This document shows positions 19,475 through 28,243 of a stretch of DNA of 53,304 nucleotides, one piece after another. How positions within the stretch are numbered: position 1 is the stretch's first letter; every line of letters begins with the position of its first letter. The position numbers and the translations under genes are program-made. The notes under the pieces are model-generated. The model ran no database searches. It saw only the letters and a list, made by a program, of their open reading frames with translations, and was not told the origin of the DNA. The DNA is from a virus (taxonomy: Duplodnaviria > Caudoviricetes): the IMG/VR virus record IMGVR_UViG_3300037606_000271, positions 1 to 53,304 of that record; one strand, given 5' to 3'.

Positions 19475-19782
19475 TAAAAGATAACTGTTTCCTGGTAATT
19501 GAAGTTACGACCAGGAGACTGGTTTATTTTACTTTTATTATGACAGAAGAATATGATTTATTAATAGATACATTTGATTCTTGTGATGTAAGGGCACAAA
19601 TAATGTTTACTGGTCCACCTACATGGATTTATCATGTTTATGAAAGTATTCGTGAAATCAATGAAACATCAGAAGTAGATGTTAAAGAAGGTTTTCCTTT
19701 GTATAAAGCAGAAAGATTTAATCACATATGGCATGTAATTAAAACTAACGTAAATAAAGTAAATAAAGAATCTAATGATTGA
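19471..19782 (+). CDS. Hypothetical protein
   Basis: 103-aa ORF, ATGA overlap. Confidence 0.7.
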   Translation: MIKDNCFLVIEVTTRRLVYFTFIMTEEYDLLIDTFDSCDVRAQIMFTGPPTWIYHVYESIREINETSEVDVKEGFPLYKAERFNHIWHVIKTNVNKVNKESND

Positions 19783-20203
19783 TAAAAAACTACAAGATCA
19801 CATGAGTAAATCTCATGGGTTAAAATTATCTAATGATGAAATAGATATTTTATCTAATATAGTTATTGAAAAGTTGCAAAAAGAATTAGATAATAAATTT
19901 TACAGTTTTTTATCACTTGATGATGTAGTTCAAGTAGCTAAGATCATTGATAATTATGTACTAATGCTTGATAGAAAATTAATACAACGTCGTTGGTTTC
20001 GTCAAGCAGTAACGCAGCTAATTATAAGAAAATCACAAAAAGTTAGTAATCTTGTAGTTGTTGATGTAAAAGAGCCTTGTAAAGAAGTATATGGTTGGTA
20101 TCCTATTAAGTACAGTGAAGGATCAACTCAGTGGTTACTTGAAGGAGGTGAAGAAGCTTATAATAGAGCATTGGAAAAATGGAAAAAGAAGTTTTCAATT
20201 TAA
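19775..20203 (+). CDS. Hypothetical protein
   Basis: 142-aa ORF. Confidence 0.7.
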   Translation: MIDKKLQDHMSKSHGLKLSNDEIDILSNIVIEKLQKELDNKFYSFLSLDDVVQVAKIIDNYVLMLDRKLIQRRWFRQAVTQLIIRKSQKVSNLVVVDVKEPCKEVYGWYPIKYSEGSTQWLLEGGEEAYNRALEKWKKKFSI

Positions 20204-20215
20204 ATAATAATAAAT

Positions 20216-20398
20216 ATGACAGCTGAGCAACTAACCGAATACGCATATGAAAACTTTGAGAATCCATCTAAGGTACTTAAAGATGTAGTGCAACAAGTTA
20301 TAGACAAAAAAGGTATGATTTACAATGCTACTTTTAAAGAAGTTGTACAAATGTATTCCCAGTTACTGGAGAAATTACTAACCAAGTATAAAGAATAA
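20216..20398 (+). CDS. Small hypothetical protein
   Basis: 60-aa helical ORF. Confidence 0.65.
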   Translation: MTAEQLTEYAYENFENPSKVLKDVVQQVIDKKGMIYNATFKEVVQMYSQLLEKLLTKYKE

Positions 20399-20706
20399 TG
20401 CAAAGATTAAATTTTATAATACCTATATATAATGTTAAAGTAAAAGTAAGAGTTGGTAATATAGAAAAGATTATTGAAAAATATGATGCAAATATAGAAG
20501 CTCCTTGCGCAGCATTTCAACAATCTTATGAAGGTTTTGAGTTAATAGCTTTACCAAAAGATTATGATTCTTATTTGAGTCATGAGTGTGGTCATACTGC
20601 TTGTGCAGTAGTTAGACATTTAGGTATGAAAGTTTCTAGTAAAACAGAAGAGTTTATTTTTTATTTACAAGATTATTTAATACAATACATAAAAGAAAAC
20701 TTATGA
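20398..20706 (+). CDS. Minimal zincin-like (HExxH) protein
   Basis: LSHECGH motif followed by EEFIFY (candidate third-ligand Glu). Confidence 0.7.
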   Translation: MQRLNFIIPIYNVKVKVRVGNIEKIIEKYDANIEAPCAAFQQSYEGFELIALPKDYDSYLSHECGHTACAVVRHLGMKVSSKTEEFIFYLQDYLIQYIKENL

Positions 20707-20876
20707 AATTTATAATGATTAAAAATGAAGGAGAAGGTTTTTACACTGTTGAACTTACTCACGCAACTAATTTAGATAATACAACCAAGATTTTTGAAGA
20801 TAAACCAAGTTTAGACAAGTTTATTGTGATTATGAGGAAGAAGGGCTATACTGTAGTAAATGATTCATGGGTGTAA
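20703..20876 (+). CDS. Small hypothetical protein (57 aa)
   Basis: Manual translation MKFIMIKNEGEGFYTVEL...; ATGA overlap. Confidence 0.6.
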   Translation: MKFIMIKNEGEGFYTVELTHATNLDNTTKIFEDKPSLDKFIVIMRKKGYTVVNDSWV

Positions 20877-20877
20877 T

Positions 20878-21024
20878 ATGGACATGATAAAAATTGAAGA
20901 AGAACTTGCTTTATACAGTATTGTTATTATAGCTAAACCTTCTAAAGAAGATTTAAATGATCTTAAAAGAGTGTTTAATGTAACACAACTCAATAATTAC
21001 CAGATACAAATAGCTTACAAATGA
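20878..21024 (+). CDS. Small hypothetical protein (48 aa)
   Basis: Manual translation MDMIKIEEELALYS...; tightly packed with neighbours. Confidence 0.55.
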   Translation: MDMIKIEEELALYSIVIIAKPSKEDLNDLKRVFNVTQLNNYQIQIAYK

Positions 21025-21200
21025 TAATACAATATAATGGTGAAGATGTAGAAGTAACACCTGAATATAATGATGATGGAAGTATTAAAATATTTAGAAG
21101 CGAAACCAGGACTTATCATGCAGGTGCAGTAATTTACCCAGGATGTCCACAAACCAAATACGATGTATATACCAAGCATTCCAGAAAGAAAAAACTTTGA
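21021..21200 (+). CDS. Small hypothetical protein (59 aa)
   Basis: Manual translation MIIQYNGEDVEVTPEYNDDG...; ATGA overlap. Confidence 0.55.
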   Translation: MIIQYNGEDVEVTPEYNDDGSIKIFRSETRTYHAGAVIYPGCPQTKYDVYTKHSRKKKL

Positions 21201-21525
21201 TTTTCTAGTACAAGATGAAGTAGAAGTTTTTGACCAATGCACTATAGAAGATTTAATAGAATTTGACAAAAAAGCAAACGAGCTTAATGTTGACCCAAAT
21301 CATAAAGTTAAATTTACAATTTGGTCAGAAGATGAATATAGTGAAGGCTCAGAAGCTAAAGCAGCTTTTACCTATAAAAGAAAACCTAATAGAAAAAAAA
21401 TATTGTCTTTAAAAAGCATTAGTTATAGAGAAGTTGAGCAGCATAATAAATTTGTTAAAGATCATCCAGAATTAGCTAAAGCTTTAGATAGAAAGTTAAT
21501 GGATCATTTTTCTTACGACATTTAA
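21163..21525 (+). CDS. Hypothetical protein
   Basis: 120-aa ORF. Confidence 0.7.
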   Translation: MYIPSIPERKNFDFLVQDEVEVFDQCTIEDLIEFDKKANELNVDPNHKVKFTIWSEDEYSEGSEAKAAFTYKRKPNRKKILSLKSISYREVEQHNKFVKDHPELAKALDRKLMDHFSYDI

Positions 21526-21571
21526 ATAAATAAAAAAGTCAACTTTCGTTGTCTTTAGATAAATATACAAT

Positions 21572-23836
21572 ATGATTTTTAAAGATGTTAATTCAGAGGC
21601 AACGAAAGTTGGCAATATTAAATCTAATTCAGTATCAATTGACGCTGCTAATTTAGATTTTATTATTAATATTATAAGTAGTGGATTGTACAGTAAACCT
21701 ATTGAGTCTTTTGTTAGAGAGATTGTTTCCAATGCATGGGATGCTCATGTAGAGGCTGGTAATAATAGTCCTATAGCTCTTGAATTAGGCTTAAATACAG
21801 AAGGACAATATTTCTGTAAGATACAAGATTTTGGAGTAGGCCTTTCACCTGAAAGATTTAATAGTGTTTATAAAAATATTGGCAGTTCTACTAAAAGAGG
21901 TACTAATGGTCAAATAGGTGGTTTTGGTATTGGAAGATTTAGTGCATTAAGCTACAGCAATGTAGTTCGGATTATTTCTGTGTTTGATGGAACTGAATAC
22001 ATGTATCTAATGTATAAAGACAACAACAAACTAAGTATTGATTTACTTTATTCCAAACCTACTGAATTACCTAACGGTGTAAGTGTTGAAATAGATGTAA
22101 AAAACCACGATGTTGATAAGTTTGTTGAAGCAATTAAAATTCAATTAAGCTATTTTGATAATTTAGTGGTTATAGAATCTATCCCAAATAAACCATATGG
22201 TATTGAAAATAAGTTTAATGACTCTAATATTAAAAAGTATAAGAACTTTTGCGCCAATACTTTTGATAGTCACATTAACCGAACAGTAAGTATTCTTTTA
22301 GGTAAAGTTCAATACCCGTTAAGATTTACTAGTTTAAATAAGTTTTACGATAGCTTTATTAAAAATTATCCAATTGCGCTTAATTTTGAAATTGGGGATT
22401 TAGGTGTTACACCTAATAGGGAAGAACTTTTATATAATGCTGATTCTATAGGTAAAATTGAAACTGCATTAGATGCTTCTATATTAGAAATTGAAAATTT
22501 ATTTGCAACTCAAAATAAGAAAAATTACACTGACTTTAAGGAATTTGCTGAAAGCATTGGCGTTAGTGAAAAAGTTGTTTTAGTGTCAAATGACACTGAT
22601 TTAGTTAGTATTAAAAAGAGTAATATGCAAGAGTATAAAATGCTTAATGGTGTAAAATATAACACCGCTCAATTCAGTAATCATTTAGATACTTTTAGTT
22701 CTTTAAATTTATCAAAAAATTCTTACGCTTTACTCAATAATAAATTGATTAATAAAAATGGATATAATTTAAACACAACTCATGCGGCAAATAGAAATGG
22801 TCTTTATGTTTGTAATGTAGCTAAATTATCTAATCATAGTAAATCTTATTTAAGAGAAACTTTTTCTAATAATACTATTTTTATTAAGCCCATTAAGTCT
22901 TATGAAGTATTCAAGTTTATTATTAAAGCAATTAAAAAGAATAGTCGCGATTTAAAAACTTTTCAAAGAAATGATACGCATAATCCATTAATTGTAAAAG
23001 AAATTATTAAATATTATGCTGAAGCTTACAATAAATTACCCAGATTTGATGATAGTCAAGTTCCTGTCCAGTTTATAGTTGACAGAAAAGCAAAATTAAA
23101 AAATAGAAAAGTTATTAACGTTAAGTCTAAAGATTACTGGAAACAGTATATTTCTATTAATGTAGTTACATCAAACAGATATGGTAATTACGCAGGAATG
23201 GATACTGAAAATTATAAATTAGGTGATCTTAAAAAGGAATTTAAGAAACTTTCTGTTTATACTTTTAAAGGAGATACTAGGACATCAGATATGTGTGTAG
23301 TTTTTAAAAAGGTAAACTTTATTGAAGTTGCTCCTACAAAAATGAAGTTAATAGAAAATTTAGATAACTTTGTAAAACTAGATGATTTTATGGATAAGAA
23401 ATATAAAGCAATCAGAGATTTAGGTACAGTAATGTATATTAAGGATCATTTTCCAGAATTGGGTAAATTGTATTCAATGAAAAACATTAACCTAATTTCA
23501 AATAATTTATATACTGTAATTACAAGTCTTCATGAATTTGTTTCTGCTACTGCTAACAACTACGATGATAACGCTGTAGCCAATGAAGTATATGAATATT
23601 GTAAAGAACAAAACGCATTTAATGAAGAGATTAAAGGATTGTACACAAAGCATAAAAGACATTTAGATAATGCAAAAAGTCTTATACCTTTTGTTTATAC
23701 TACAGGTTTAGGGCATGACATTCATGGAAGTCTGCTCAATCTTGTTACAGATTATGTATTAGCAAAAAAGCTTTTTACTCCAAGTATGGAAGCAGTTAAT
23801 AGACTTAAGAAAGAAACTATTTTTAACAATAAATAA
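21572..23836 (+). CDS. rIIA: rIIA-like protein with N-terminal GHKL ATPase domain
   Basis: LYSKPIESFVREIVSNAWDAH, IQDFGVGLS, GSSTKR...IGGFGIG, TPNREEL; adjacent to an rIIB-like gene. Confidence 0.88.
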   Translation: MIFKDVNSEATKVGNIKSNSVSIDAANLDFIINIISSGLYSKPIESFVREIVSNAWDAHVEAGNNSPIALELGLNTEGQYFCKIQDFGVGLSPERFNSVYKNIGSSTKRGTNGQIGGFGIGRFSALSYSNVVRIISVFDGTEYMYLMYKDNNKLSIDLLYSKPTELPNGVSVEIDVKNHDVDKFVEAIKIQLSYFDNLVVIESIPNKPYGIENKFNDSNIKKYKNFCANTFDSHINRTVSILLGKVQYPLRFTSLNKFYDSFIKNYPIALNFEIGDLGVTPNREELLYNADSIGKIETALDASILEIENLFATQNKKNYTDFKEFAESIGVSEKVVLVSNDTDLVSIKKSNMQEYKMLNGVKYNTAQFSNHLDTFSSLNLSKNSYALLNNKLINKNGYNLNTTHAANRNGLYVCNVAKLSNHSKSYLRETFSNNTIFIKPIKSYEVFKFIIKAIKKNSRDLKTFQRNDTHNPLIVKEIIKYYAEAYNKLPRFDDSQVPVQFIVDRKAKLKNRKVINVKSKDYWKQYISINVVTSNRYGNYAGMDTENYKLGDLKKEFKKLSVYTFKGDTRTSDMCVVFKKVNFIEVAPTKMKLIENLDNFVKLDDFMDKKYKAIRDLGTVMYIKDHFPELGKLYSMKNINLISNNLYTVITSLHEFVSATANNYDDNAVANEVYEYCKEQNAFNEEIKGLYTKHKRHLDNAKSLIPFVYTTGLGHDIHGSLLNLVTDYVLAKKLFTPSMEAVNRLKKETIFNNK

Positions 23837-23842
23837 TATATT

Positions 23843-25078
23843 ATGACAATTATTCGTTTAGACAATCACCTTACAGTTGTATTTAGTGATAATAAATCTT
23901 TAAGCACAAACACATGTACTGATGATTTATTGTGTTTAGTAAATAAGCACAGAGACGATGAGGAACTTGTGAAGACTTTGTTAGTCCCAGGATATTTTAA
24001 GAAAAAAGAAGAATATGAATTGAAAAAAGATTTAATTAGTGATTACGCTAATTCTAAGTTACTTACTCTTTCCGGTCAAAGCATTTACATTACAAGTGTA
24101 TCTGAGCTAACTGTACCAGAAGACCTTGCTTTGGCCATTCTAAATGCAGAGAAAGAAGGTAATGATGAATTAGTTAATAGCTACATTAACTTTTGGACAT
24201 TGGTTTCTATTAACCCTGACAGCCGTGCTAGAACCAATTTATTTTGGTTTTTACAGAAGTATGGCATGCAAATCTCAGCATCAGGTTTGTTTGTTGCTTA
24301 TCGCAATGTAGTTCTTAAAAAAGATGGTAATGAGATTTCAGAAGCATTTGCTAAAGCTATTAGTAAGTGTTTTACTAAAGTAAAATATACTTACAAGAAA
24401 AAGCCATCTAATTATGTAGTAATTAAAACTAATGATGGTTACGAGCTTGCTAAGAAAGGTGAGTATGACAATGTTACTCTTCAAGATCTTTATACTAAGT
24501 TAGGTGAAGAGAATGCACCTATCTATACAGATGCTTACACTGAAAGCTTTACCATTAAAATTGGTGTTCCTGTCATGATTGATCGCAAAGATTGTGATCC
24601 TAATCAAAACAACACTTGTTCTAAAGGTTTGCATGTAGCTGGAAAAGATTGGTTAGACTCTAACTATTTTGGTAAAATTTCACTTAAAGTATTAGTGAAT
24701 CCAGCTGATGTAGTAGCTGTACCACCTAGTGATGGTTATGGTAAAATGAGAGTATGTGCATACTACCCTGTTGAAATTCTTGACCGAGATGAGGATGGAA
24801 ATTTGATTAACGAACATGGTATTGATGGTTTTGAAGATGATTTTATTGACATGATTTCATACAGTGCTGAAGTTAACAATCAAGATGATGGAAAGTATTC
24901 TGTAAATATTCCAGAAATGCCAGAATTGAACCGTAATAATATTCTTAATCGTCTAAATTTTAACATTAAGGATAAAGTTTCGATTCATGAAGATTATGAC
25001 ACTCAAGAAGATGAAGAAGATTATGAGTATGAAGGAGAAGATGATGGTTACGGATGCGATGCATATGATTGGGAATAA
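23843..25078 (+). CDS. rIIB: rIIB-like protein
   Basis: GLFVAYRNV, TCSKGLHVAG, VLVNPADVVAVP...KMRVCAY; acidic tail. Confidence 0.88.
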   Translation: MTIIRLDNHLTVVFSDNKSLSTNTCTDDLLCLVNKHRDDEELVKTLLVPGYFKKKEEYELKKDLISDYANSKLLTLSGQSIYITSVSELTVPEDLALAILNAEKEGNDELVNSYINFWTLVSINPDSRARTNLFWFLQKYGMQISASGLFVAYRNVVLKKDGNEISEAFAKAISKCFTKVKYTYKKKPSNYVVIKTNDGYELAKKGEYDNVTLQDLYTKLGEENAPIYTDAYTESFTIKIGVPVMIDRKDCDPNQNNTCSKGLHVAGKDWLDSNYFGKISLKVLVNPADVVAVPPSDGYGKMRVCAYYPVEILDRDEDGNLINEHGIDGFEDDFIDMISYSAEVNNQDDGKYSVNIPEMPELNRNNILNRLNFNIKDKVSIHEDYDTQEDEEDYEYEGEDDGYGCDAYDWE

Positions 25079-25091
25079 TTAACAATCATTT

Positions 25092-25132
25092 TAAGGGGGT
25101 GAGAGCAAAAGGCTTTCACCCCTTATTTTTTT
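25092..25132 (+). terminator. Intrinsic terminator after rIIB
   Basis: TAAGGGGGTGAGAGC-loop-GCTTTCACCCCTTA followed by a T-run. Confidence 0.85.
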
Positions 25133-25147
25133 AATAAAAAAACAAAT

Positions 25148-25660
25148 ATGATTTACCCAGAAAGAATTTCTATTATCACGCACTTGTTCAAAGATAATAC
25201 ATTTAAAACAGCAATGATTACTAATCAGTATGGTTGTCAAAGCAATGTAGGTAACGTTGTTATATCACAAACTGCAAAAACAATAAGTAAAATTGTTAAT
25301 AATTGGATTAAAAATGAACATGAAGTTTTAAATTACTGGCTTAAAAATCCAGATTTAAGATTGATTCAAGTATTAATTAATCTTAAAATAGCAAAGCATT
25401 TTTGTCACCATTACAATGAAGATGATTTATGGCTTATGAAACGTGGATTTGTTGATGCAAAAAGCATTTTGTTGTTTGAAGTAACAAAAGATGAGTATAA
25501 TGCATATCTTCCTAAAAGTAAAATTAAACTAGCTAAACAACTTAATAGTTTAGAAATTGAACATTTATTACAATCCCATCGTAGGAAGCAAATAAAACTT
25601 ACTTATCAAGACGTAGATACTTTATCTAAGTGCCTTGAACTACTAAATCAAAAAACATGA
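25148..25660 (+). CDS. Hypothetical protein
   Basis: 170-aa ORF. Confidence 0.75.
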   Translation: MIYPERISIITHLFKDNTFKTAMITNQYGCQSNVGNVVISQTAKTISKIVNNWIKNEHEVLNYWLKNPDLRLIQVLINLKIAKHFCHHYNEDDLWLMKRGFVDAKSILLFEVTKDEYNAYLPKSKIKLAKQLNSLEIEHLLQSHRRKQIKLTYQDVDTLSKCLELLNQKT

Positions 25661-26121
25661 ATTACAAAGTATCAGACTTCAAAAAAGAATTAATTAATTT
25701 ACATTTTGATGTATTTGTTCATGGATGTAATCTTCAAGGTGCATTTGCAGCAGGTGTTGCAGGTATAGTTAGAGAAGTATATCCTGAGTGCTGTGAAGTA
25801 TATGCAGAAGGTGTAGCTTCTGGTGAATACTCTGGTGGTCATGTATTACCGTATGAAATCTGTGAGAATAAAGTAATACTTAATGCTTTTACTCAAATAC
25901 TTCCCGGTAAAAATGGATCATATGATTTAATAGACAAAGCCTTTTCTATTATAGGTAGAGTGTATTCGGGTAACAAAATATGCTATCCTTTGATTGGCTG
26001 TGGTATTGCTGGTCTTAACTGGTCAGTAGTTAAAGAAATTATTGACCACAGACTAAATAATGAAGATCATAATTGTATTGTCAGATTAGATGATATTATC
26101 CAATATAAATTAATGAGGTAA
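25657..26121 (+). CDS. Macrodomain protein (ADP-ribose binding/hydrolase, DarG/TARG-like)
   Basis: VHGCNLQGAFAAGVA, ILNAFTQ, YPLIGCGIAGLNWSVV. Confidence 0.88.
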   Translation: MNYKVSDFKKELINLHFDVFVHGCNLQGAFAAGVAGIVREVYPECCEVYAEGVASGEYSGGHVLPYEICENKVILNAFTQILPGKNGSYDLIDKAFSIIGRVYSGNKICYPLIGCGIAGLNWSVVKEIIDHRLNNEDHNCIVRLDDIIQYKLMR

Positions 26122-26125
26122 TTTT

Positions 26126-26389
26126 ATGGAAAAAGAAGAATTAATCAAAGAACTTAAAGACTTAAGAGATGCTAATAATTACCGATATAGTCAATTAATA
26201 AATTCAGTTTATGAATTGATGTTTGAGGTTATTGTGCGTCCAGAAACAGCAGATGCTTTAAATCACTATTGGCATTATATTACAGAAAGGATTTTAAAAG
26301 ATGATTTAGGAGACATTGAAAAAAGGAATTTAAAACTTACTAAAATCAGACTTGATGCACTTTTATCAGCATTTAATTACTTTAAATAA
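26126..26389 (+). CDS. Hypothetical protein
   Basis: 87-aa ORF. Confidence 0.7.
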   Translation: MEKEELIKELKDLRDANNYRYSQLINSVYELMFEVIVRPETADALNHYWHYITERILKDDLGDIEKRNLKLTKIRLDALLSAFNYFK

Positions 26390-26394
26390 AACAA

Positions 26395-26703
26395 ATGAAA
26401 ATAGTTGAAGGACGATTACCAGAACTTGTAAATCATGGATTTACTTTAATTACTGATGAATATTTAAAAACTCAATATTTAAAAGCTTATGGGTCTTTTG
26501 TAGATAATGAGCTTTGGCATTATAGAGGATCATATGTGTATAACTTAGGTTATTCAAGAAGAGGGCAATGTTATTACATATTAGCTTCTGATTTAGGGAT
26601 AGAAATCCTAGCCACTGAGCCCGATGGAGATGGGGCAGGTGTTATTTTAGATAATGTATTTATTGAGCTTTTTAACGCAAATTTAATTGAAACAAATGAA
26701 TAA
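26395..26703 (+). CDS. Hypothetical protein
   Basis: 102-aa ORF. Confidence 0.7.
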   Translation: MKIVEGRLPELVNHGFTLITDEYLKTQYLKAYGSFVDNELWHYRGSYVYNLGYSRRGQCYYILASDLGIEILATEPDGDGAGVILDNVFIELFNANLIETNE

Positions 26704-27277
26704 ATTAAATTTAACAAAAGAAGAAGCTAAAGAAATGATTTATGGTACTCCCCCAGAAGGATTAGAAGTTGTTCACAATGAACAAATTAGTTCTGGAAGA
26801 TGGCATTCTCACCATATGATTGTAGTAAAAGAGATTGCTACTGGTAGATTGTTTGCAGATGAATATTCTATGGGGTTAACCGAGTCACAAGAAAATGACA
26901 TGTGGGAAAATTATTCACCTGACTTCACAGAAGTATTTCCACATAAAGTAGAAAGTATTAAGTATAGATACGAACCTGAAATTAATAAAATATCTATTAA
27001 GAAAATTAATGAAGCAACAATTAAAGAATTTATTGAATCTAATACCTTATCTAATGTATTAGAAACAAAGTACGTTGGTAATTTACCTTTAAATGAATAT
27101 AATCAATTATTTATTTCTATGGGCTATGAAAATGACATTTATGATAATAACATACTTACTGATTTTGTAAAGGACTTTGTTCATTATTGGAATCATGAAA
27201 CATTACCTACTTTAGTTTTACGCGGTTCATTATATTATGGTAATTATAGATTAGTAAAATACACCAAAGAAACTTAA
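26687..27277 (+). CDS. Hypothetical phage protein, apparently two domains
   Basis: N-half SSGRW...YSMGLTESQE...EVFP; C-half ends LRGSLYYG. Confidence 0.75.
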   Translation: MKQMNKLNLTKEEAKEMIYGTPPEGLEVVHNEQISSGRWHSHHMIVVKEIATGRLFADEYSMGLTESQENDMWENYSPDFTEVFPHKVESIKYRYEPEINKISIKKINEATIKEFIESNTLSNVLETKYVGNLPLNEYNQLFISMGYENDIYDNNILTDFVKDFVHYWNHETLPTLVLRGSLYYGNYRLVKYTKET

Positions 27278-27295
27278 ACTACATAAATAAATATA

Positions 27296-27772
27296 ATGGA
27301 ATTTAAACAATACATTACAGAATCAAGTAGAACTGATTTTGATTTAAAGGAAAGTAACAATTTACATTGGCAATTAGGGCTATTCAATGAATTTGGTGAG
27401 CTTATAGGACCTATTAAAAAGTCTTTGTTTCCAGATAAAATAGTAGATGTAAACAGGTTAACAGATGAGCTAGGAGATGTAGCTTTTTATTTAGCAAAAG
27501 CATGTAGACTATTAGGCTTTGAAATTCCATTTTCTTATGCTTATGAAGAGCAAAATAACATTATTGATATTATTAATAGCTTTAATGAATCTTGGAGTAA
27601 GAAAGATTTAATGGGAATATTCTGCACATTACAGAACTTTTGTTACTTATATAATATAGATTTTGAAGAAGCTTTAGAAAGAAATATAGCAAAGTTAGAA
27701 GTAAGACATCCAAATGGTTTTAACATTAACAATCCAAAACATACAAAAGAAGAACAAGATGCAATCAAATAA
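27296..27772 (+). CDS. MazG-like nucleotide pyrophosphohydrolase
   Basis: LGLFNEFGEL...KK...DELGDVAFY and NIAKLEVRHPNGF. Confidence 0.85.
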   Translation: MEFKQYITESSRTDFDLKESNNLHWQLGLFNEFGELIGPIKKSLFPDKIVDVNRLTDELGDVAFYLAKACRLLGFEIPFSYAYEEQNNIIDIINSFNESWSKKDLMGIFCTLQNFCYLYNIDFEEALERNIAKLEVRHPNGFNINNPKHTKEEQDAIK

Positions 27773-28163
27773 CAAACAACTTATAGACAATCTTTGGGGT
27801 TTAATTACCGCCTTTATTACAAGTCTATTTTCAAAAAGAAGTGCTGAAGATAAAGTAACTATTAATAGCAGTAAACCTGAAATTAAAATATCAAGGGAAG
27901 AAGCAAGAATAGAAATTCAAAAGCTAAAAGAGCAATCTAAAATTAGAAAAAAGATTTATGTTGCTAAAAAAGCTATTAAAGTTGAAAATGTTAAAGTAGG
28001 TAACGCAGTGTATGTTCAACTTTATGATGAATCAAATGCACCATTAGCTGGTAAAAGCAAAGAAGTATTTCTTAGCTATGATGAATTTTTTATTACAACT
28101 GATAAAGGTGCCCACAGTTTCCATGATGTCTACACATATCATGGGAAACCCATAATGGCATAA
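27759..28163 (+). CDS. Hypothetical protein (last gene of the + arm)
   Basis: ORF 27714..28163; ATG 27759 preferred to minimise overlap; amphipathic N-terminal helix. Confidence 0.65.
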   Translation: MQSNNKQLIDNLWGLITAFITSLFSKRSAEDKVTINSSKPEIKISREEARIEIQKLKEQSKIRKKIYVAKKAIKVENVKVGNAVYVQLYDESNAPLAGKSKEVFLSYDEFFITTDKGAHSFHDVYTYHGKPIMA

Positions 28164-28176
28164 CTTGACTAAACAC

Positions 28177-28215
28177 AAAAACCCCCTACTGGCTTGCGCT
28201 GGTAGGGGGTTTTTT
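28177..28215. terminator. Bidirectional intrinsic terminator between the convergent arms
   Basis: AAAAACCCCCTAC...GTAGGGGGTTTTTT, with A-run and T-run flanks. Confidence 0.9.
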
Positions 28216-28243
28216 ATTTGATAGTAAAAAAATTTCAGGTCTA

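Noticed and set aside
1092-21732. Short - strand ORFs in the + arm (e.g. 1092..1301, 6613..6807, 10693..10875, 16550..16828)
   Set aside because: Antisense to supported genes, introns or tRNA flanks; no recognisable motifs.
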